64,000 nt of DNA, taken from the NCBI GenBank assembly GCA_977017645.1, contig OZ360227.1, positions 126,914,001 through 126,978,000 of the forward strand, written 5' to 3'. This DNA comes from Torpedo marmorata. Lineage: Eukaryota. The number at the start of each line of letters is the position of its first letter. Position 1 is the stretch's first letter. Below are positions 1 to 12,795 of the stretch, piece by piece. The translations under genes and the position numbers were made by a program. The notes below the pieces were generated by a model. The model was not told where the DNA came from. It did no database searches and saw only the letters and a program-made list of their open reading frames with translations.

Positions 1-220
1 TTTCCAGCAAAGGGGAGTGTCATCTTCATAAAGCCAGTTTAAAGATGAAAATTACAAGTTCTCTATGGAATCTTAGAAATTGAACAATTCCTTTGAATGT
101 TGAATCATATATAAATCAGGACAAAGGTTCCTCTTAAGTTGATTGGACTGCATGCTCTAATTATGTAACTTGTGTTGTCTCCTTGTATAAGGGAACACAA
201 AGTTTTTTTTAAATTTTTTT

Positions 221-447
221 TAAGAGATACAGCATGGTAACAGTCCTTTACAGCCCATGAGCCTGTGCCACCCAAATACACCTACGTGACCAATTAACCC
301 TGTACGTCTCCGGAATGTGGGAGGAAACCAGAGCACCTGGAAGAAATCCATGCAGACATGGAGAGAACATACAAGCCCTTCAGACAGTGCCGGATTTGAA
401 TCTTGGTTGCTGGCACTATAACAGCATTGTGCTAACCACTACACTAT
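221..447 (-). mobile_element. HE1/V-SINE-type tRNA-derived SINE (diverged)
   Basis: Reverse complement of V-domain-like core (gtgggaggaaaccagagcacc on plus) with CR1-like tail. Confidence 0.8.
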
Positions 448-1048
448 TGTTTTATTGGGATTTACCTCATCCTCATGACTATATAAAAAAAATCACTTAT
501 TGAAAAGACATTCAAAATCAAGTTTTAAAATATTCCAACATGCTGTGTTCATCTGAAATATCACAACAGGGATACAAAATGACTGCAAGAATTCACTGAT
601 TAATCTTCATTTCATGCTTATCAACACAAGAAATCATTGCCATTGAAGCGAGAAGATGGAAGAGATCATTTTCAACTTGTTTGGTAAAGTTAAATCAATT
701 TACATGTTATATTCACAGGCATTACTAAATTGATCATAAAAATAAAGCAAATTAATTTAACCCAGAACCAAATTTGACTTGGTCGAATGAGTCTAATAAT
801 TTGCTGTAGTGAAATATTCAGCAATCTTTGTCATTTTCTATATGCCACAGTTCAGTGTTCTTTCCAATATCCCATATACTGGTTATTTTGAGGAATGTTG
901 CAGATATGCCCAGACTTTTCAGCAGCCAGGGACAAACATTTTTTGATCTCATGCTAATTGGTTAAAACATATTTCTCCCATCTGTTTGCTCCAGTTTTTT
1001 TTCCCCCATTCTCTTCAGTTCAGCTTTGTGCTTCTCTGCTCTACTTGC

Positions 1049-1480
1049 AAGACCATGAGATATAGGAACGGAAGTAGGCCATTCGGCCTATCAAATCTCC
1101 CACTCAGCCCCACTCCCCTGCCTTCTCCCCATAATTTTTGATACACTGACTATTCAGATACCCATTAATCTCTGCTTTCAATGCACCCAACAAGTTGGCC
1201 TCCACAGCCCCCCTGTGGTAGCAAATTCCAGAGTTTGACCACTCTTTGGCAAAAGAAATTCCTCTGCATCCATTTTAAATCAATCCTGAAGTTGTGCTCT
1301 CTTGTCCTAGACTCCCCTACCATGGGAAATAACTTTGCCACATCTACTCTGTCCAGGCTTTTCAACATTCGAAATGCTTCTGAGAGGATCCCCTTCATTC
1401 TTCTGAACTCCAAGGAGTACAGTCCAAGAACCATCAAACCTTCCTCATTTGCTAATCCTTTCATTCCAGGAATCATTCAT
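1049..1480 (-). mobile_element. CR1-clade LINE 3' fragment
   Basis: ORF 1165..1476 contains LGLYSLEFRRM..NFF.QRVV.LWN.LP, typical CR1 ORF2 C-terminus, followed by 3' UTR. Confidence 0.85.
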
Positions 1481-2279
1481 TTTTAAATAAATACAACCAA
1501 TATTAAAGGCAAATGACAGGGTAAATTGTACAAATTGCAATGGGAAGAAATAGTTTTACATTACTCCTCTGGTTGTAATTTACCTGCCTCAGTATAAAGA
1601 AACAAGACAATGTTTACAACATGCAGGTAATGTGTACTCATTGTTATAGTTAATAATTATCAAGGTACCTATTTAGATGGGAATACAGGAAGTCAAATAA
1701 GACAAATGCATTATTGATCCAAATGACAGATATATCAGATGTCATTCCAAAGTGGATAGTTTTTTTTGCAAAGGGCTATGCTTTTTGTCAATTCAAATTA
1801 TTCAGATATGATAGATTAGACAGAGTTTTAAGGCTGTTAAATTTACTTCTAGGGTTTGTTGTTGGGACAGCATTCAAAATTACATTGAACATGTGGTCAA
1901 TGAGAAGTTGAAGAGATATTGGAGCAGGGTTCATAAATATATTACAATGTAGTCTCAGATAGTAAATATCCAATGGTTTACACATGAGAATATAATTTAC
2001 TCTTGGCATGAATCTATACAAAAGAGTGTGCCAAGCTAATTAACTCTACAATAAATCAGTTCATCGCCTGCTTTTTTCTGTCTGCAGTCAACCACTTTTT
2101 TTTTTTTTTTTTTAAATGGTTGAATGACAATTAATGGAAGTGGATGAAAAAGAGTTACAATCCAGTTGCTGCCCTGTAAACCTCAACTACAAATATTAAA
2201 ACACTATGTTGAACATCAAATTTGTCCAGTATCACATGTGATTAAAACAAATTGAAATATTCCTTACCAAATAGTTTTA

Positions 2280-3430
2280 CCCCAAGGCTGCATGTTCAGT
2301 CCCTCTCCTGCTTTAGTCCCTGTACACCACGTAGCCATGTTTGACTCCAACTCAATCTATAAATTCACTGATAATACCACCATTGTAGGCCGAATAACTA
2401 GAAATGATGAATCAGAATACAGGATGGAGATCAAAAACCTGGTTGGGCCAGAACAACAATCTCACATTAATGTCACCAAGGCCAAGCAGCTTATTGTGGA
2501 TTTTAGGAAGGTGAGGCCACGGGACCAAGCATCTATCCACATTGAGGGTACAGAGGTGGAGAGTGTTAATTCTTTCAAATTCCTGGGAGTCCATATATCA
2601 GAAGATCTCTCCTGAAGCTAGCACATGACGATCATGAAGAAGGCATGCCAATGCTTCTACTTTTTAAGAAATTTGAGAAATTTTGCTATGTCATCGTGTA
2701 CTCAAACTTCTTCAGGTGTATACCTACTGGTTGCATCACAGCCTGGTTTTTGGTAATTCAAGTGCCCAGGAATGCAGAAGGCTGCAAATGTAGCAAACAT
2801 TGGCAAATCCATCATAGGCCGACCTCCGACCCATTGAAAACATTTATGGGAGGCACAACCTCAAGGTGGCAGCCAACATCATAAAGGACCCCCACCCAGG
2901 TCACAACCTCTTCTTGCTACCTTCAGGAAGGCTGAAGTCCAGTACCCCTTGCATTCAAGAATATTTTCCAAGATATAGCAGGCTCTTAAACCTCGCTTAG
3001 TTTTTTAAATTTAGACATACAGCACGAGTCCGTGCCGCCCAATTTACACGCAATTAACCTACAATCCCCGGTACGTTTCGAATGGTGGGAGGAAACCGGA
3101 GCCCCCGGGGAAAACCCACGCAGACACGGGAAGAACGTACAAACTCCTTACAGACAGCGCGGGATTCGAACCGCGGTCCCGATCGCTGGCGCTGTAAAGG
3201 CGTTGCGCTAACCGCTACGCCAACCGTGCTGCCCTAACGACACTAATCATAAACTAATCTGACACCACAAAACTGTCTATACTATTATAATGCACTATAA
3301 CTGAATATTCATTATGTTTTGTATTTATTAACTTTTTAATTTAATGTGTACTATAATAATCATTTTATTTTACACTGTTTGGCTGCAGCAAGAATGTGTG
3401 CGTACATTGGACAATATGACAATAAATATC
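2280..3430 (+). mobile_element. Degenerate Rex1/Babar LINE 3' part, interrupted by a SINE at 3001-3234
   Basis: ORF 2292..2615 (YKFTDNTTIVGRI..LIVDFRK..FKFLGVHISEDLS) is homologous to the RT at 36016..36885. Confidence 0.8.
3001..3234 (-). mobile_element. Young HE1/V-SINE-type SINE with intact pol III boxes
   Basis: Minus strand reads tggcgtagcggt (A box), ggttcgaatccc (B box), V-like core and AT tail; CpGs retained. Confidence 0.88.
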
Positions 3431-5149
3431 ATTTGAGTAATTCCTGTTTTCCAAGGCTATTTATCAAACTAGATTGAGATTGAACATTAAAAAAGAGCAA
3501 TTTTCAAATGATTTTAGGGAATCTGAACATCTGATATGTACATGCTGCCCCAAAACTAGAAACCTTACATTTCGTCTGTAATAATCTGTTTGCTCATAGC
3601 CCCTCTGCATTGTAAACTAGGGTAGAGAGATCATTTCATTTCAATTTATGGGACTGACCTCAAATTTGAAAATATTGCAGCTCTGTTGCACCTTACATAT
3701 ACTACAACACATAAACCTGCATTACTCAGTCTTTTACATAACTTTTCCCTTACCAGGCCTGATATCAGCTCATCTCAGCAATATCAAGTTGCTGTCAGTG
3801 TAGAAATCCATGCATAAAACATTTTTATTAAGTTGAAAATGACCAGCAATAAGGCTGCTTGCTAATACTGAAATTTTTAAGCTGCTGTAAACAATTCTCT
3901 GTAGATCTGTAGTGGCACTCTTAAGAGTTATTAAACATTGAAAATTACCATACACAGAATCCTTGAAATGATCTATATTTTCTAATGGTTTCAAGTATTC
4001 AAATTAACACAAATGGTAGCAAGTGTGGCTTTCAAAAGAAGTAAATTAGCAAGACTACTTGCTGTACACAACCAAATTATCACTTGAAAAAGTGCAGAAG
4101 AACTTTGGAATAAGGGTTGAGGAGGTAATTAATATTACAGCACATTTTGTTATATCAAAGGAATGATCCTAATCATAAAACAATCTGTCGAATCCAATGA
4201 ATTCTCATTGGATACCATATTAAGGATTTTTTCCCATGCAATTTTGCTTGTTTTTTTTAAATAAGGACAATTACACAAGGAATATACATTAAATATAGTA
4301 GCTCTTCCCTCAATAATCCCCCTCACCCAAAAATATTAAAACAATCAGCTATCCCACGTTAAATGACAACTGCTAAGTCTCTCGAGTAGTGGTGAATACC
4401 ATTCTCTGATGCTAACAAAAAACCCTATACAGAATGGATGACAAGCAGCCCTTCACTGATTATTGATACTCAACAATTCAACCAATACTTCTCCATCTCC
4501 TCACGATGACACACCCAGTCGCAGAACACCAAATAAACAAGTTGAAGGATTATTTGTCCATTGGAACATTCAGGGTCGGCAAAGAACCAGAATCTCTTGC
4601 CTGGTTTAATAAATTTCAGCAGCCCTTTGAGCTTGATCAGACTCGTACCATTTCAATACCATGGTATACCAGAGAAGATTTAAAAAGCTTTTCAAGGGAC
4701 ACTGATGTGAGATTTTAATAAACTCAGAGGAATAATTTTATATTTACATATTACATTTGCATTCCTGAACTTGCTCCTAATTATTTTTAGCAAAACTCCC
4801 ACTAAGGAGACTTTAAGATAGTAGGCAGTCAACTCTGGCTGAGAAGAGACAGCTCACACAAAATAAAGAGTATATTAGAGTCCCTTTGCGCTTAGAAGTC
4901 CTAATTAGAATGAATTATTTATTCTACAAAAAAGTAATTTGTCAGGAACATACTAAGAAATAAAATTTGTATAAAGCTTACATGGATATCCTGGAATGCA
5001 ATCAAGGAACTCTGATAATGACTTTATTCAATTGGACTGCAACATCAGGTTTTATTTTACATATACATTTCCTTTGAATAATTGAGGTGCTAACATTTCA
5101 CTCCCACAGCACTGTTTTAATCATTCAGCATAAATTCCAACAGAAATAG

Positions 5150-5312
5150 ATTCACCTTCATTTATTCAGGATCTGGGCATCACTAGCAAGGTCAGCATTT
5201 ATTGCCCATTCCTAATTTCATTTTAACCTATTGGCTTGATAGCCAATTTCAGTGGGTATTTAAGGGTCAACTACATGAGATGGATCTGGAGTCGCAAGTA
5301 GACCAGACAAGG
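5150..5312 (-). repeat. Old SINE/LINE-tail repeat; related degenerate copy on plus strand near 45780-45910
   Basis: cagcatttattgcccattcctaatt is loosely the reverse complement of aattgggatggtaaataaatgtcg at ~45866-45889. Confidence 0.45.
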
Positions 5313-5872
5313 ACCAAAACTGTAGATAAAGCAAATGCATACGAATCGGATAATTTATTTAATTGATATTAGCAGATGTTGTAAATGTACAAGGATCAAG
5401 AATTCAATGGAAATGAATTTCATAGGCAATTGTAAAAACAATGGTGGAAATATTTCTTGGTGCTCATGTGCTTTTGGACTCTCTTTCCAGGAAAGAGTCT
5501 ACAAGCACAATTATTCACAGATCCATATAAAATTGTTGCTACGTGAATACTGGAGGAGGAAATGGAAAACTGCATTTAAACAATTAGCAGGTGTGTAACA
5601 CGAGAGTGACAAAACATTCCATCAATATTTAGAGAAGGTATCACAATCTTTGTAAAGGTCAGGGCCATAGAACCATTAATATCAAGCAAAAATGTAAAGA
5701 AATAATCCTAAATGCAGGAAAGTGACAGAGCAATCTGGCACCTAAACCTCTATTTAATTGGTATTGGAGGTGCTGCTGTATAAAATGTTCCCCTTTCTGC
5801 CACTCCATAATACTCTTTCCATAAAATGGAATTGCTGCTATTTTGCAAGGAGGTTAAGCTATCGCTGCCTTT

Positions 5873-6242
5873 TTTTTTTATATATATATAAAATTCGGCA
5901 ACCTTATTTAGATTGATTTAATTTATCCTGACCGCAAATAAAGAAGATTTGCTATTAATTTGTTTTGGGTTCCTTCATGCGATAAGCCCTGTTGCCGGGA
6001 AGCCTTGGAGTTTTTCTTTCTTTTATATACCTACTTGAAATTAGTAATTATATAAACATTGTCGACCATTTGTTTTATTTCGGTTTTTTTCCTTTGGGGG
6101 GTGGGGGGAGGTTTGGGGGTAATTGTTTTTTTTATTATTATATGTTACTTTTATTGTATTACTGTATAATATGATATCTGTTTTTGAAGTATTTTGTTTT
6201 ATTGTTTGTTAAAAATGAAAATAAAATATTTATTTTTTAAAA
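5873..6242 (+). mobile_element. Strongly 5'-truncated L1 (3' UTR) with 17-bp target-site duplication
   Basis: aagctatcgctgccttt at 5856-5872 and 6243-6259; begins with ORF2-end-like KIRQPYLD*; has G-tract, AATAAA and A-rich tail. Confidence 0.85.
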
Positions 6243-7156
6243 AAGCTATCGCTGCCTTTACTACTCTCGACCAGCCTCTTCAATGATCAATGGCTCATGC
6301 AGCAAGTATGCCAAGGCTGACAGACTCTTCATCTTGGTTGGTGACTGTGGTTCATCCCAGGATATGCCAGGTGTTGCAGTGCAAATTAAAACATGAAATA
6401 GTCTCCAGGTGACTTGACTAAAGTGATCACTGTTCAATATTAGTTGAGCATAGATGCACCATAATTATTTTCCTATTCACTGCCTGAGGAAAATGAGAAG
6501 ATAGAAGGATATGGGCCAAATACCAGCATGTAAGTCCAGCAAATTGGGTCAAAGGGTCTGTTGCTATGCTGTAGAACTCTTGAGTCTCTCAGGATCAAGG
6601 ACAACTTAATTCCATTCTAGTTTCTGCAGGTTTTGTGGTAACTGATGAGACAAATCTTCCACTGAAAGGTCAGAGATGCCTAATGTGGCAAGCAGGTGGG
6701 TAGCTCATGAGGTAGTTAGCTCCTTCTACCACTTGACAGTACCTATGTATATTCTGGAGCCTGGACTCGTGATTCTTAAGATAAGGAATGCTCCCAAAAC
6801 ACTTTGGCCAGCGATTCCATGGGGTTAAAGGATTTTGTATTTCTTCAAAGAGGCTTTGTGTACATTCTTGAATCTTTTCCTCTGAACAATTTGTGATCTC
6901 TTCCCACAATAGGATTGTTGGAATCAAGTGTCTATTTCATGATAGCAAATGACACACCCTGCTAAACATATCCAAGTAAGTGCAACTTGGAGCTCAATCC
7001 CAGAGCAGGAACACATTGAAGATCTTTGGCTTCAACCTCCCTTGAAGACCATGCAGAGTTTTCCACACAACTGCACAGGCCATGGATAATGTGGCCTCCT
7101 GCTCCAAAAATGGATCATGTTAGATGACTCGAAGTTCAACCATGAGCACCAAACTA

Positions 7157-7772
7157 GGGATTGAATTTAGGAGCAGCAAAGTTATGCTGCAACTGTACAA
7201 GGCACTGGTGAGGCTGCAGCTGGAGTACTGTGTGCAGTTTTGGTCTCCTTACTTGAGGAAGGATGTACTGGCTTTGGGGTGGTCCAGAGGAAGCTCATCA
7301 GGTTGATTCCAGAGATGATGGGGTTAGCCTATGAGGAGAGATTGAGTCGTCTGGGACAGTACTCACTGGAATTTAGAAGAATGAGGGGGGATCTTGTAGA
7401 AGTGTATAAAATTATGAAAGGCATAGATAGAGGTAGGCAAGTTGTTTCCATTAGTGGGGGAAGAATATAACTAGGGGACATAGCCTCAGGATTTGGGGCA
7501 GTAGATTTAGGATGGAGACGAGAAGGAACTGCTTTTCCCAAAGGGTGGTTAATCTATGGAATTCGCTGCCCATTGAAGCAATGGAGGCTACCTCAGTAAA
7601 TATATTTAAGATAAGGTTGGATAGATTTTTACATAGTAGGGGAATTAAGGGATATGGGAAAAAGGCAGGCAAGTGTTGAGCCCATCATCAAATCAGCCAT
7701 GATCTAATTGAATGGCAGAGCAGGCTCAATGGGCCAGATAGCCTACTGCTGCTCTTATTTCTTATGTTCTTA
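7157..7772 (+). mobile_element. CR1-clade LINE 3' fragment
   Basis: LYKALVR.QLEYCVQFWSP and YEERL..LG.YSLEFRRMRGDL in ORFs 7124 and 7240; ttcttatgttct tail. Confidence 0.88.
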
Positions 7773-8479
7773 ACACATCACATCAACCTGCTCCATAAGA
7801 TGTGTGGTATGAGACACCCAGGAGGTCCTACAGCAACCTGATAGACAGGATACCTGAATGAGATGTTTTTCATACCACACAAAACATCCATTCTCCAGTC
7901 CCAAGTGACAAAAAATGCCCATTTGTAACAGAATGCTCTGCATACACAAACATTGGAAAAATGAGCAATGTCTAAACCCATGATACGACACTAAAATTTC
8001 TCGCACGATTACAAATATATTACAAACACAATAGACACTGGCATTTCAAGTCTTCTCCCTTTAACAGGGCTAAAAGGACACTACAGCACTTGAGGCTTAC
8101 ACTGATGCAGCTGAATAATATGAAACAATACTGCTACCTACAGCTCAATAAATGCTACTAAACATTGTTCCTGACTAAAGTAAAAAAAATAAAGCAATGC
8201 ATTATTTTTGTTAAAGTGGTTCAATCAGAAAAGTCACAAGATGACTTCATCTCTTTTTATATCACAAATTCATTGAATTTTGCAAACCACTTGTGTAAAT
8301 GAGAAGAGCAGAGATTTTCCAGAAGACTAAATTATATAATATTGCAAAACTAATGATTAAACTCGCAAAACAAAAGCAGAATAATTTGAGGACTTTGCTC
8401 AAATATGCCTTTGTGGTTCCTATAAATATTAACCATAATGAAAATTTGAGAGAAAAAAAACTGCAGCTGAAATTGCAAG

Positions 8480-8962
8480 GGGAGATAGCCAGTATAGAGG
8501 TGAGAGGAATGGGTGAGACAGGAGCTCACAAGTGATAGGTGGATCCAGGTTAGAAGGGTATGTGGGAAAGGATCTGGGTAGATAAAGAGAGAAAGGGGGT
8601 AAACAAGACACTGCAAATGCTGGAAAACTGGAGCAATACAAATTGCTGGAGGAACTCAGAAGGTTAGGCAGCATGCATGGAAGACAGTAGATAGTCGATG
8701 TTTTGGAACATAGGGTTTGCTTTCTATCGTCTTCCATGGATGCCGGCTGACCTGCTGAATTCCTCCAGCAAATTGTCTGTTGCTCAAGGGGAAAAGGTGT
8801 ATGGTACCTGAAATTGGAGAATGACGTTCATGCCATTGGGTTGTAAATTAGCCAGTGAAATGTGGGGTGCTATTCCTCTAGTTTGTGCTTGGCCTCACTC
8901 TGACAGTGGAGGAGGTAGAAGACAGTGATCAGTATAGGAATGGGGAGGGGAGTTAAAATGGC
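8480..8962 (-). mobile_element. Penelope-like element remnant (GIY-YIG C-terminus plus pLTR) containing an internal hairpin at ~8630-8790
   Basis: Minus strand 8960-8805 translates to HFNSPPHS..LLHCQSEAKHKLEE..LQPNGMN; inverted arms tgctggaggaactcag / ctgaattcctccagca. Confidence 0.72.
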
Positions 8963-9901
8963 TCTATTATCAAACTTTCACAGCAATCATAGCATTATAT
9001 CTACCCACCAATGCATAACATTGTGCAGGTGTTTTACCCAAAATAGGCAAGTAAAATATAACCTAATTACTGACTCATCAGCTGCCATCTAATCACTGGC
9101 ACCAATAAAAGTTGTCAAGTAAATCTCTAAGCCTGACACAATTGCTATAATTCATCAGGGAAGTCTTCAAATATTTATCTCTACCAGTTCAAAAGAAGCT
9201 GTTTACTGTCAACCTACAAACTGACAACTATACAGTTTGTAGCAGGGCTTGAATGACATTGAATCAGGGCTCAGACAGACAAATGACACTTGCAGTAGCC
9301 AAATATTGGCCTTCAACAATGCACAAGCACCTCCTCCTGAACTGCAGTCACACTACTGTTGGTCTGCCACAGTAACAACCTGTGGAGAAAATGCATTCCA
9401 AAATGTGTCACTCACTTGAACCCTCAAAGCTTCAGCACAATTTATTAAGTCAGGAGTGTACTTCAATACACACTTGATTTGATTGGTGTAACTCCAATAA
9501 TACAGGTCACGCGCATCTTTTGAACATAGTCCGAGAAAAGGTATGTACCATTTCTGCCACTCAAGTTGTCCGACTAATCATTTTAAACAACCTCTGTTGA
9601 TATCGAATGGCATGGCTATCAATGAATCCTCCATCAACATTCTGGTGGTTCTCTGACCAGAAACAGCTGCAGCAATGTGGCTACTCAAGCAGCTTAGTAA
9701 TTGCATGGTGAAGGTCTCACTGCCTCTCACCTCCCAATGACTCTCTACAAGATACACATCTTGGGTTCAAGATGTGCAAGGTAAGTTTCTCTATATACTA
9801 GAATGGTAGGTGCCTGGAGCACACTGTCAGGGAAAATTGTACAAGCAGATGTGAAAATAATATTTAACAGTCACTTGGACAGACAAGACAGGATAGAAGG
9901 A

Positions 9902-10150
9902 TTTTTTTTAAAATTAGACAGAGCATGGTAACAGGCCATTTCAGCCCACATCCGTGCCACCCAATTTTACACCCAATTAACCTACACCCCAGATACATTT
10001 CGAACGGTGGGAGGAAACCGGAGACCCCGGAGAAAACCCAAGCAGACACGGGGAGAACGTACAAACTCCTTACGGACAGCATGGGATTCGAACCCCGGTC
10101 CCGATCAAGGGCGCTGTAAAGGCGTTGCACTAACCACTACGCCAACCATG
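9902..10150 (-). mobile_element. HE1/V-SINE-type SINE
   Basis: Closely similar to 3001-3234; B box ggttcgaatccc intact. Confidence 0.87.
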
Positions 10151-10579
10151 TGTAGGCTGATGGGATTGGCATCATGGTTAGTACAGGCATGGTGGGCTGA
10201 AAGGTCTGCTCCTTGGATGTGCTGTTAGTTCTAAATAAAAGCTCAATTGAATACTTTTCTTTGGCCTGGGTGCAAATCAACTCGCTAGAAGAGGATCAAC
10301 ACCCTATTAAGCCAGCTCAAGCAGTCACTCTCCTCCAGCAGCAGTCTGTGTGTGCAGCACATACTATCCCAAGGATTCACTCCAGCAACATGCAAGGTTT
10401 TGTTAACAGTATTATTGCAGTTACTGAACATCCACAAAAAGCACAAGGATGGTAGGTGCACAGAAACCTAATCAACTCCAAATTCTCCTCAGTTTCAGAG
10501 ATTTTCTAGTGGGGTTAAATCATCACTGGCTCTATATACATACACACAAAGATACAACTTAGATGCAGCTCTCAGTCCC

Positions 10580-11160
10580 TCAGACCTTTCATGCCATTCA
10601 TTAGTATTGTGTCCAGGTCGATTCTAAACTACATGCATTCCCTCAATCGACCTTGGCCTTAAAACATTCAAAGATGGCTTCCACTATCTTTCAAGGAAGA
10701 ATTCCAAAGACTGACCACCCTAATTGATCTATATTACTGAGTTTTTAAAAAGAGTTGTCGGTTATTATCCACATACACCCTGTCAGGATCTCTCAGGGGT
10801 TTCAATCAAGTTACCTCTCTTCTAAACTGCAGTAGGTACAAGCCTAGCTGATCTAACTTTTCCTCGTAAGACAACCTACCCAATGTTGGTATTAGTCAAG
10901 TAGGCCAATTGCTCTTCTGAATTGCTTCCAATGTATTTATATCCTTCCTTAAAGAGGGAAACCAATACAGCCTAAACATGATTGCCTGTTATGACCGACA
11001 ATAACCTCTCCACCTTAGTGTTCGATTTCCCTAGAATTAAAAGAAATGGTTATCTTTCCCAACTGTCTGTTGTACCTCCATGTTAATCTTTTGCAAATTA
11101 TAGACCAAGACATTCAGATTCCTTTGCATCTCACAGCTCTGCACTTTCACCATCGAGAAC
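10580..11160 (-). mobile_element. Old CR1-like LINE fragment
   Basis: Degenerate reverse-complement similarity to the CR1 3' region at 7157-7772 and 29765-30320. Confidence 0.5.
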
Positions 11161-11489
11161 ATGCATGGTAATTACTCTGCCAGTATTTATGGGGTATTGT
11201 GACACTGAGAAACAGTTTGTCACATCTGAAGATGAAACTTAAATCATAATGTTTCCCTCATCAAAAAATTAAATAGAAAATGACACTACAAAACCATGCA
11301 AAATGTCAATTCTTTGATAGGGCCAGAATACGGTAATATACTAAATATACCTTTAATTTATGCATACGTATTTATCCTTCATGTTGAATTAAAAAGTTGT
11401 AACTTTCTTATTTTCAAAAAAATTGAGATACAAACTTCTAAAAGCAGTGATTTTTAAAAAAAACATACGTAGGCAGCTCCCAAACCACG

Positions 11490-11690
11490 AGAGTGCTGGT
11501 GAAACTCAACAGGTCACACAGCATCTATAGAAAGCAAAGGACAGTTGACGTTTCAGGCCTGATCCCTTCTTCAGGAGTGAAAGGGCTCAGATTGCCTTTT
11601 GCTTTCTATGGACTGCATGATCTGCTGAGTTTCTCTTGCACTTTTGAGTACTGCACTGGACCTCAGTGTTTGCAGATTTCTTGTTTACCT
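11490..11690. repeat. Penelope pLTR-derived hairpin repeat
   Basis: Inverted arms of ~50 bp (tgctggtgaaactcaacagg..atagaaagcaaagg / tttgctttctat..ctgctgagtttctc); related copies near 20450-20580, 25230-25400, 32770-33005, 43410-43500 and 59180-59345. Confidence 0.7.
11542..11579 (-). ncRNA. Minimal type-I hammerhead ribozyme motif (Penelope-associated), partly decayed
   Basis: Minus strand CUGAAGA-AGGGAUCAGGCCU-GAAAC-GUC: catalytic boxes and GUC site intact; stem II ~3 bp; stem I mismatched. Confidence 0.55.
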
Positions 11691-12795
11691 CTGAAACCAC
11701 TAGATGGCATCACAGGGCAGATGGATGACAAAATTAAAACAGGAAGCTGGAGTTGAAAAATCTGAAGGTTTGGGGTCAGGAGGATAAAGTTGCTGTGGAA
11801 GAGCCTATTTTATCCAACTCATTAATGCCAAAGGTTCACTGGATTAAATTTACCCACAGTCAACAAGTGACTGAGCGGCAGTGCTCATTTTCACTATCCT
11901 GAATTTGTTCAACTTGAATCATAATTGCAGTTTGCATATACAAATTATTTGATTTTTGTTCCATTTGTACGAGGCATTTGACAAGACTTTGCATAAGATC
12001 ACTAAAAATGAAAACATGGCAGAGGTAGCAGTCACTTTATGTACCCAAACTAGATCGCAAGAAATGTTTGAAACTGAAGACAATCCAAGCTCGCTTCGCA
12101 AAACCCTGTCCTTTCTTGATAACATCCACCGATGCCCCCCACCCCCCCCCCCCCCACCCCTTTAAAAACAGTTTGGCAATTTTTCTCCCTCAATGGACCC
12201 ATGTTATTTGCTACAATCTGGTGGCAGTGATAGAAAGTTCTACATTTCAACAATTCACTGGAATGTATCCCCAAACCCCTGATCATTGCCCTTCTTGAAT
12301 TTATGGCCCTTCAATTCTAATCAAATTTGACAGAAAATTGGAAGGACATCCAATGTGAACAAACTTTTTCCAAGAATGAGATATTATCGTTCACTTTGGG
12401 TTTAAAGATGGGATTGCTGTGACAGATGGAATAGTTTACATCAACTGCCCGCCTGGATCTGCAGAAAATACCTTGTTTATTGACTCAGAACCAGAAAGAG
12501 CAATCAAAGAGTCTTCAAAAGTCATGATTAAAAAGCAAAGATCATTTCTGATATGGCAGCAATCCAGGTGAACAAAAATGGCAAGGTTTTAATCTTGCTT
12601 TGCACAATTGTGAAATGTTGATGAAATTAATGGCAGCGTTGAGGTTAGCAAAAAATTTCCCTGATGGCTAGAATAGAGGTTTAAAGTATAAGGAAAATTT
12701 CTTCATACAGGTAATACAAATTCTAAGTTGGAATTTAATTCATACCGCTGAATAGACCTATCATAAAAACCAATAGAAGGAAAATTGTAGAAAAC

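Noticed and set aside
3150-3234. tRNA-like sequence with A and B boxes (also at other SINE heads)
   Set aside because: These are SINE heads joined to a V-like core and LINE tail, not standalone tRNA genes.
4506-4718. 70-aa ATG-initiated ORF in unique DNA
   Set aside because: No recognisable homology or splice context; length is compatible with chance.
12333-12570. Possible plus-strand exon after tttgacag
   Set aside because: All three frames hit stops quickly, no good donor, no recognisable homology.
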